A stretch of 64,000 nt of DNA, taken from NCBI GenBank assembly GCA_964016885.1, contig OZ024741.1:326244001-326308000 (forward strand), read 5' to 3'. Below the pieces are notes generated by a model. That model did not search any database. It saw nothing but the letters and a program-made list of their open reading frames with translations, and had not been told where the DNA came from. The stretch is from Eledone cirrhosa (Eukaryota). The position numbers and the translations under genes were made by a program. Shown one piece after another: positions 54,190 through 64,000 of the stretch; positions within the stretch are counted from its first letter, which is position 1; each line of letters opens with the position of its first letter.

Positions 54190-57100
54190 ACAGCGTAATG
54201 GTGCCACGCTACAATCACCGGGGGTGATGAAATCACCGATGGTTAAGTAACCATTCATTCACCAATCCTCGATATGCGTGTTTAAATGTCGAACCTAAAC
54301 AGTTCGAATAACGGTGAAGTGGAGACTGGAACGTCATATGAAAGACTCTCACCCAGCAAGTGCTCCCTGGCCCAGCAGCAAGGATCTGGCTGTCATCCAA
54401 ATACTGCTGGTGTTGGAGGAAGGAGAAGAAGGAAAGGGACAAGAACCAACTGGACGAAATAATTGAATAGACCTGTCATGGAATGTTACCTGAAGAGTAA
54501 CTCCATGGAAAAAGGCTATAGGAAACGGATGCATAACATCTGGAACGAGATTGGTCTATTTAAATTAGATGAACAAAAATTGGCCGGACAGGCTCCGGTA
54601 ATAAGAACTAATGGATGGATAAGCGAGTTGGAACTGGAGGAACTGAACAGAGAGATTAAGTTGGAAATGGAGAGTGGAGTATGTCAGGCAAGCGAGTCAG
54701 TAGGAAATGAAGGTGAAGAGGTTGAGAGACCTGAGGAAGCATCCGAAGTAGAAAATGATCTGAATGCCGAAATACATAACATCTGGAACAAAGACACGGC
54801 CATTGAGGAAATGAATGCTGACAGACTAGGACAAGATTTGGTTGATATCCTACCTTAGTGGTAGATGAAATGAACAATGATAGAGGAAAACCTATGAGCC
54901 TAAGATTTGTAGACAGGAAAAAGTTAAAAGAAACAACAGCTAAGATAAACAAAGTCATCCCATACCTTGAGGCGAGGAATATTCACCAAAGCAGCAGCAA
55001 ATGCGGTGAGGAAATTATTTGGCATAAAAACGAGAGGAAACAACAAACAAGAAAGATCAGAACCTTGGTGGAAGAAACGACTGAATGGTCAAATCAAAGA
55101 AATGAGAAAAGACATTGGAAAGCTTGAGTTCCTACTGAATGGGACATTACAAAACATAGACACTAAAAATAGATTGAAAATAAAGTACAAAACTAGGTGG
55201 AAAAAGCTAAATATTATCATAGAGAAACTGAAGCAATGCATTTTAGCAAAAAGTGCAAGATTAGGCGGTATGAGAGCAGAGTCAGTCAGTATAGACAGAA
55301 CCGCATGTTTGACAACAGACAGAAGATGTTGTTTGGACAGTTTGAAGGGAAAGAAAGAGGCAACGACTTGATCCCTGAGGCGGAACAGACTAAGACATTC
55401 TGGAGAGGAATATGGGAGCAGGATGTTGAACATAATGGTCAGGCAGTGTGGATTGAGACAGTGAAAAAGGAGATTAGTGAACAAACACACCAACAAACTG
55501 ATTTGAGTATCACAGTTGAAAGTCTTAAGGGGCAGGCCAAAAAACTAACCAACTGGAAATCACCAGGCCCAGATGGTGTGCAGGAGTATTGTATTAAAAA
55601 TATAACTTCCTTCCATCCGAAACTGACAACCATGTTCAATGACTGCTTGATGTCGGTGAGGTACCAGACTGGTTGACAAAAGGTACCACAGTTCTGGTAA
55701 TGAAAGACCGAATCAAGGGTAATGATGTTACCTACTATAGACCTATCACATGTCTGTCCGTAATGTAGAAACTGTTAACAAGCATTGTGTCTGACGAAAT
55801 CTACCATCACCTTCACTTAAACAACCTGCTACCGGACGAACAGAAAAGATGCCGAAAGAAGTCCCGTGGTACAAAAGACCAGTTACTTATTGATCAAGGA
55901 ATTGCAAGAGGCGACACACTGGTCTTGCCATGGGATGGATAGATTACAAAATGGCATTCGACATGGTACCTCATTTTTGGATAACCAAAAGCCTAGAGAT
56001 CTTCGAGGCGGCTGATAACATCAGACAGTTGTTGAGCAAAAGTATGAAGTCCTGGAAAACAGAGTTAACATCGGGTGGAGAATCCCTGGGAGGCAGGAAG
56101 ATCAAGAGAGGTATATTCCAGGGAGATAGTTTGAACCCTCTGCTGTCTGTCCTTTCCCTGATACTCCTGACCATTATATTGCGAAAAGTGAGAGCAGTAT
56201 ACAAGCTGGGAAAAGGAGAGCTTACCATCAACCACCTCCTCTTCATGGACGATCTTAAACTCTTTGGGAAGAGTGAGAAGGAGTTGGATGTACTAGTTGA
56301 CAGACACTGTCTGTATTTTCAGCAATGTATATGTATGGAATTTGGTATTAATTAGTGTGGAGTCCTAGTGATGAAGAGGGGTAAATTGAGCAGAAGCAAC
56401 GGAATCCAGGTACCAACAGGTGAGATGATAAAGGAAATTGACACTGAAGAAGATTACAAATATTTAGGTGTTATGGCGGCAGATGACATTAAGAACAACA
56501 AAATGAAGGAATTGATAAGATCTGAGTACATTAGGAGAGTATGGAGCGTATTAAAATCACATCTCAGTAGTAGGAATGTCATAAGTGCATTGAATTCCCG
56601 GGTTGTGTCTATTATTAGGTACAGTGCTGGAATTCTGAAATAGAATGTTGCTGAACAAAAAGAAATTGATAGGAAGACTAGGAAGCTATTGACTATCTAC
56701 AACATGTTCCACAAGAGGAGTGATGTCGATAGACTCTACTTAAGGAGATCTGAAGGTGGAAGAGGTCTTATCTGCATAGAGGACTGTGTTCAGATGGAGA
56801 AAAACAACCTGCACTAAAACGTGACCGACAGTAGGGAGCCAATGCTCAAAATTGTACTGAAGGAGAGAACAATAGACCAGGAGATGTCCAAAGAGGAAAT
56901 AACAACAAGGAGAAAGAGCAGCCTTCATGAAAAATCCCTTCATAGTACCTTCTTTAAGAAAACTGAATTTAGAGATCCACAGACATGGAACTGGTTAAAA
57001 AGAGGAGACCTTAAAAAGGCTACAGAAGGAATGTTAATGTCTGCGCAAGAGCAGGCCCTCAGAACGAAGTGGGTGAAACACCACATTTACAAGGAGGAGG

Positions 57101-57757
57101 CTAGCCCACTATGTAGGATCTGTGGAGAGAGAGAGGAGACTGTCGATCACATTGTATCCGAGTGTAAACACCTAGCCCAGACTCACTATAAAGGCTGGAG
57201 ACATGATGTGATGGGGAGGGTGTTCCACTGGCACCTATGCAAAGAAAACAATTTACCACATTCTGAGAAGTGGTATGAGTTTAAGCCAGAGACCGTGATA
57301 GAAAACGAGCAGGTGAAGGTGCTTTGTGATTTTGGGATATAGACGGACAAGAAACTGAAACACAATAGACATGACCTGGTGGTTTTGGACAAGGACAAAA
57401 GAACGTGCCTGATTGTAGATGTAGCCTGCCCATTCGACACGAGAGTGCAAGAGAAGGAGAGGAAGAAAATTAACCGATACCAGGACTTAAAGAGCGAGGT
57501 AAAAAGGATTTGGAACTGCCATGAAGTCATGGTCGTCCCGATTGTTATAGGCGAACTAGGTACTATCTCAAGGAGTTCCCCAGGATGGTTAAAGAAGATT
57601 AGTCCAGCCCGGTTTTTTGGAACACTTCAAAAGGCATGCTTGCTGGAAACAGCAAGAACCCTCCGATACGTCCTGAATATCTGAGGCTGCAGGTAGCGGC
57701 TTGATATTCCTTTCAACAAAATTTCCTGTTAAATAACACAAATGAGTGAGACTCAAA
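54190..57757 (+). mobile_element. Near full-length degenerate R4/Dong non-LTR retrotransposon (RT + CCHC + REL), multiple stops and frameshifts
   Basis: VMECY..GYRKRMHNIW; NWKSPGPDG; WIDYKMAFD; RGIFQGDSL; HLLFMDD; CRIC..ETVDHIVSEC; (TAA)n at the 3' end; 5' boundary approximate. Confidence 0.87.
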
Positions 57758-57770
57758 GAATAATAATAAT

Positions 57771-57803
<33 letters not shown>

Positions 57804-57804
<1 letters not shown>

Positions 57805-60800
57805 TTTTCTTTATTAACCACAAGGGTTTACATAAAGTAGACATTAAGGACAGTACAGGACAATGCAGGACGGTACGAATGGGCATTTCTGCGTGTAAAA
57901 AAAACAGAGGATGTAATAAAATAACAAAGAAAAATTCCGCAATAGGGGGGAGACTTCTGAGGGACATGTGTGGAGAAAGCCCATTAAAGACCACAGTGAC
58001 CCTGACCACCAGGGCAAGTGCCCTCTCCCAGTTTTCCACCTTTAATTTACAGACACATACTCAGAGAAGGCCCATTCATTCGGGCCATACTTGCTTCTCT
58101 CACCCATCTTTCAACAAAATGCTGGGAAGAGAGCACTTCCCTCTCTACCCTGATTTTCCTTTTCAAATGAAATTTGAAAAAGTTAATCAGGGCATCACCG
58201 AAGAGGTAAGTGCTCTTCTTCAGCCCTTTCAAACGTGTCCACCATACTATCTCTTTCGCCATGGACACCTGCCCTTCCCAGCTAAAGGAAGAGGGTGGGG
58301 CAATCTTCACGATGGACACAGCTGATAGCTGGATCCGTCCTACATGTGACAGCAGGTGTTCGACATAAACCCACAAGTCAGCAATGCTCGGACAGTGGAC
58401 GAGTGCGTGCAGGACGGTTTCGTCGCCATGTGCGCATCTCGGACATGCCCGGCTGACGGCACCTCCATGCCTGTAGAGTTTATCCCGAACTGGCAAGGCT
58501 CCCCGGTAGCACTGCCAGGCCAGGGATTTCTGGAAGTTGTCCATAGGCCCCGGCTCGAAAGTCCTTCCGAAGAGATTGGCTAGTCGATTTTCGCCGACGC
58601 CTAGAGTTTCTCCAAGTACGTCGTCGCTCTTCCCCTCCACTAATCCCCTATAGAACGCCAAGGTGGAGTTTCCACCGATCACATTGCCCGATTGGTCGAG
58701 GGCTGTGAGCGTCTGAAGACATTCCAGTCTCCAAGCGCTCCCTCTCGGTCTTCGCTTGACCCAGGACTGCAGCTCCGTCAAGGAGACGAGCTGGGGAAAA
58801 ACGTGTCTAGCAAACGGCGACCACACCTGATCACCGTCGAGGAAGAGGTGGAGATGTCGTAGCCTGAGTGCTTGTCTGCGCATCATCAGCCACGGCATGC
58901 CCAGCCCTCCACGTAGCGGGTGTTGACAGCAGATGGACCGCCTGACCATTGGAGCGCGTCCTTCCACAAGAAGCGAAAGAGCAAACGCTCCAGCGCAGTC
59001 AGGCGGGGCTTAGGACAAGGTACGACGGTCAGGCGGTAGTAGATGACGGACGCGATGTACGCGTTAGCCACCTCCGCTCGACCTTTCAGGGATAGCTTCC
59101 TCTCGGCCCATTTCTGGGTGAGAGAAGCCACCCTATTCGTCACCTCGTCCAGTTTTTGTCCGTCTGGAGGTCTGCACCGAACCAGACCCCTAGCAATTTA
59201 ACCGGTCCGTCCGTCCAGCGCCCGACGACGCTGTTGGACGGCATGGACCTGCCTCTCCAGGTGCCGAACTGCAGGCCCACTGACTTTTCCTGGTTGATCA
59301 TTGCTCCTGTCACCGCTTCGTATTCTCTTAGTGTAGTGCTGATCGCCTCGATGTGTTTGGCGTTCGACAGCACTACGGTGACATCGTCCGCATATGCTGA
59401 CACGGATCTTCCGCATCCTAGTTCGCGCGGGACGCCCCTCAACGTCTCCAGTTTGTGCAGTAATGGCTCGAGAGTCAATACGTACAAGAGGGACGAGAGG
59501 GGACATCCTTGGCGGACCGAGCGCATGATGTTGAACGGTTCCGAAAGGTGACCGTTCACTCTCACCACAGAGCAGATGTCGCTGTGCATGGCAGCGATCC
59601 AGCCTCTGAAGACGGGCCAAAGCCAGCCGCCATCAGGAATGCCGCTATCTAACGATGGTCGACCCTATCGAAAGATTTCGACTGATCTAAATTGATAATG
59701 GACCCACCCGTGCTAGGTTCCCTAGCTACCCTTTCTACGATGTATCGCATGAGGTGGACGTTGTCGTGGATGGATCTGTCGGGAATGGCGCATGTCTGCG
59801 CCTCTCCCACCAGACCACCAACGACAAGCGCCAACCTCTTTGCTAGCACCTTGGCCAAAATCTTGAACTCTGTGTTTAGCAGAGTTATGGGCCTGAAATT
59901 ATCTATGTTATCCCCCTTGTTCGGATCCTTTCTCAGCAGTGCCACCGCTCCTCGGCTCACAGAGCTGGGAATTCTCCCGTTCTGTTGCCAGTTGCAGTAG
60001 ACGTCCGCCAAGAGGCCTCCGAACAATTTGGCATCTGTACGTAAATTTCATAGGGCAGACCATCCAAACCAGGCGATTTACCTTTTATGCAGCCAGTCAT
60101 TTCCTCCCGTACTTCAGCGGCTGTTATCGTCTTTTTGCAACACTCCGTCTCAGTGGCCGAGAGCCGCGGCAGTCCGTCGAGGTAGACACTAAAGTCCATC
60201 CCTCGACCCGGCCGACCGCTGCCCCCGAAAAGCTGAGCGAAGTGTCGCTGAAAAGCTTCACACATTTTCGCGGGATCGAGTAGCATGCGCCCGTCGTTGT
60301 CCACCAAAGACCGGATCGTGGCTTTGTTGCCACGACGCGCCTCCGCCACTCGGGTCTATTGAACGGCTTTCGTCCCCTCGTGTCTGAGAGCACGCACGCT
60401 AGCTCTGACAACGCAGCCTTCGTGCTTTGCATTGAAGAATTGGTCAAGGGCCAATTTCGCCGCAAGCACGTCGGTCGCAATGCCTTTGCTAAGCGCCTCG
60501 TCTAATTTTCTAACTAGTTCTCCCTCTGCTATATTTTTCTATATTGCTAAAGCCTTACTAAACCTAATGGATTCTATTCTAATCGCTCTTTCCAGAGCAA
60601 ACCACCACTTGTTGTTGACGATGGCTTCCGTCAACGCCCGCTTAACTAGTTCGCTAATCCGGTCTCTGTAGGCCTTGCGCGCTGGTAAGGACGCGTTTAG
60701 CTTCCAGTAGCCGGGTCCTCGTCTATGAAGCCTATCTAAGTCAAGCACACAGATCACGAATTTGTGGTCCGTATAGCTGACTATCTTGAATTGTGGACAG

Positions 60801-63204
60801 CCTATGCTAGACCTATCTATTTCCCTACAAAATACTCTCTCTAGATATGATCTGGATGACCTTATGCGATTTGTCCAAGTCCACATTGGCACATTCGGGA
60901 AATCCAATCGGTACCTGTCAGACAGTTCTAAACGCCTGAGCAGGTTGGTGAGGCTCTTGCACTCTCCTCCCCTATCCGCTAATCCCACACAGTCCCAGCG
61001 TGCATCTAAGATCCCGTTCCAGTCGCCCACTAACACTAAAGAGCGGCACGTTCCAAGAAAGTTCTCCAGACGCCGGAAGAAATCAGGCCGCCCTGCTCCT
61101 GTCGGGGCATAGACGACCACTAGCCTGAAAGCTTGCCCGTCTCCGTTGGTCACGTCCAGCACCACCAAATTACCCTCTGGGTCCAGGAAGATGGCCCGTA
61201 TGGCGAGATCCAAACCTCTCCGAAAAAGCACAGCAACTCCTACCCCCGAAAATCGGTGCGAAGGCCCGTGCTTCGGAGATTCTGGTCTCGCTGATGGCCA
61301 CTACACCTATGTTTAGTGACCTGAGGTCGTTGAGCAGGTGACCCTACTTCCATGACGACCCCAAGCCACGCGCATTTATGCTGCCTATTCTGAGTGAGGT
61401 CATGTTTAAAATAGAGTGGAAAAGATGGGAAAGACCACTTACCGTACTTTTCGTAGTGGAAGGATGATTTCTCCATCCCTTTTCACTTGATCGTCTGGTG
61501 AAGGGACCGTTGAATCGTCCCTTCGGCTGGTCGTCGGCTCTTCTATAAGTATGTCCGAATATACTCTCCGGTTGAGAGTCCCTCCTAGGTCTCTGAAATC
61601 ACCAACTGCGTTGGGGAATTTCGTTTTAATGTTTGTGTATTGTTTCTGTGCTATATTTAGCAGTCTTATGTTCCTTGGCGTTTTGATTGGTGCTGGTATT
61701 ATGTAGTCGTGCTGTGAAATGTCTGTGTGTTCAATTATGTAAGTCATTAGTTTCTTGTGTATATTTATTGCCGTGCATTTGTTTTTCTGGGGGTGGGGTG
61801 TGGTTCTGCTATTTTCTTCTCGTTGTTGCTGGGTGTGTGTGTTTTGTTGTGTTTGCGATGTTGGTGCTTTTGGTGGTGGTGTTGAAGGTGTTGTTGTTGT
61901 TGGCGGTGGGATTGTCGCCGGTGGTGATGGTGGTGCTCGCGTGGGTGGTTATGGTGTTGGTGGTGTTGCTGCTGTGAGTCTCTTTGCAGTAGCCTTTACC
62001 CTTTTTTCATTTTTTTCCTCCCTTTTCGAAAGCGACGATGCGCTGCTTTTGCGTTTGTGCCTTCTTACGACCTTTTGCCATCCCTCTCCCACCTCACACT
62101 TCATGTCTGATTCTGTGACGTCGGGAAGGGGTACCAGCTCCACTCTTTCACTTGTTGTTGTTGGTGATGTTTGCAGTGGAGTCTCTGTTGCAGCTGCATT
62201 TGGTATTACGGTTGGTGATGTTAATACATCCACTGCTGCTGCGGACCCTAAGGCTTTTTGTATTTGAGCCTCTGTGGCTCTTTCAACCCTACGGAATTTT
62301 GTGCTTACTGTACGGTACGTGACCGTACAATGCTGTTGGGTTTCGAAAAACTGTTCGGCTGCCTTGCAGATTGCTCGGTGTCCGGTTTTTGTCACCATCT
62401 TCTTCGCTTCCTCTAATTCCTCATTTGTTATGAGGATGGTTTCCAGGTTCTTTGCGATACCTGCAAATGAGGTTGGTTTGTCTTTGCTGCTGTTGTTGTT
62501 GTTGTTGTTGTTGTCGTCAGAGCTGCTGTTACATTTGTTGTTGCTGCAGGTACTACGACTACTGCCGCCGCCGCTGTTGCTGTGGTTGTTGTTGTTGTTG
62601 CTGCTGCTGCTGTTGCTGTTGCTGCTAATGCTGTTGTTGTTTATGCTGCTGCTGATGTTGTTGCGACTGCTACTGTTGTTTTCCTTGTCACTGTTGCTGC
62701 TGCTGCTGCTGCTGCTGCTTCTGCTCCTGCTATTACGGCTGCTACTGCTATTATTCATGACGTCAGATGAATGAAATGGGATTTCGTATTTCCCGCACAC
62801 CTTTTTCGTCGTTGTCGTCGTCGTCGTGGAGAAATGTTGCACGCTTTCTACGTGATTTTTCTTTACTGGCGTAGCTTGCAAAAGAGAACGGAGGGAGAGA
62901 GACAATCTTCTCTCTGCTGTAGTGACGATTGAGGAAGAAGAAGACGGAATGAGTGGGAGTGACCTATGAAAATTATTTTTCGTAGCCATGTTTTTTTTTT
63001 TGTTTAAAATAAATATTGGGCACAAAACCCCAATAAGCGGTTATTTAACCCCGAAGGGCCAAATGACGGGCAGAAAGACCCCTCTCATGAGGAGGAGGGT
63101 GTTTTTGTCTACAATTTGGTTAAAGTTTTAAACAATTTACAATTGTTATAGCGGTCAAAATTTACAATACCTTACAGAGCCGAGCCTCCGTCCACCATAG
63201 ACTT
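57804..63204 (-). mobile_element. Full-length degenerate Tx1/L1-clade LINE flanked by (TAA)n
   Basis: ORF2 pieces: VYAP, GDWN, TDH, KSPGLDGL, NFRPITLLN, LDQSKSFDRV, RQGCPLS, AYADD, CPRC..ETVLHALVHC; upstream low-complexity Ser/Asn-rich ORF1 (~61440-62990). Confidence 0.87.
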
Positions 63205-63647
63205 CAATAATAATAATGATAATAACATTCTTTATTGGACACACAGGGCTCAGATTACGTAGCACATACTCACCAATACATATTGGCTAACACATACACA
63301 CCATCAGGGCATTCACACACACACAGTGACCACCACACACTAATCAACTCCACTCACTAACACACAGGCACTAACACACGCACAAACACAAACACACATT
63401 CACCAACAAACAGTGATTTACATTCCTACAACAACAAACACTGACAATTACCACAAAGACACACACTGGTCCAGCCGTACACTTACATATCTATACGCAA
63501 CATACGATAAGTAATCAATAATAATTATGACTATTTATTTATGACTATCATATAATCTTTCTTCACTCTCATGTACTCTTATACGATGACAACTTTTTAA
63601 ATTGAATTATATATACAATGATATATATATAAATATATATATATACA

Positions 63648-63712
<65 letters not shown>

Positions 63713-63724
63713 TATATATATACA

Positions 63725-63810
<86 letters not shown>

Positions 63811-63941
63811 GTGAGGTTTTTTTTACAAAATGAAAAATAACCGAGGTGTCCTACACGAGTGGAAGTATAAAGAAAAAGGGATGAAATCGAAAATGCAACT
63901 GAAGTCTTATTTTTTTAAAAAATATATATATTTATTTGGTT

Positions 63942-63979
63942 CCTTTACCGGTTTCGCAGTTCTTCTGCTTTTCAAAAGG
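63942..63979 (-). ncRNA. Decayed minimal hammerhead
   Basis: cctt TTGAAAA gcag aagaa ctgc GAAAC CG GTA aagg; all three stems pair, core has two transitions; ~140 bp from a (TA)n tract. Confidence 0.55.
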
Positions 63980-64000
63980 TGAGTTGAGATGGAGGGTCTG

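Noticed and set aside
61687-62774. Plus-strand poly-Leu/Val/Ala ORFs
   Set aside because: Antisense readings of the CAG/CAA-rich Tx1 ORF1 region

Overview
AT-rich animal genomic DNA, almost entirely repeats. Microsatellite load and SINE sequence suggest a cephalopod such as Octopus (inference from recall, not a search). There is a 200-nt N gap and no confidently identifiable host gene. Most ORFs in the track are artefacts of (TA)n, (TATG)n and (CA)n arrays. Real coding remnants belong to retroelements: three Naiad-type Penelope-like elements (PLEs; RT + C-terminal GIY-YIG), two CR1/L2-group LINE families (one copy with an intact ~990-aa ORF2), an RTE-like LINE with a twin-priming inversion, R4/Dong, CRE-like and Tx1/L1 elements. 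Non-autonomous Helitron-like, Tc1/mariner-like and MetaSINE-type elements are also present. The most striking unannotated layer is about a dozen fold-back inverted repeats and about a dozen minimal type-I hammerhead ribozyme motifs (intact or decayed) from at least 7 unrelated families, most beside (TA)n tracts. One family has a ~100-nt stem II and can be tied to a Naiad GIY-YIG remnant.
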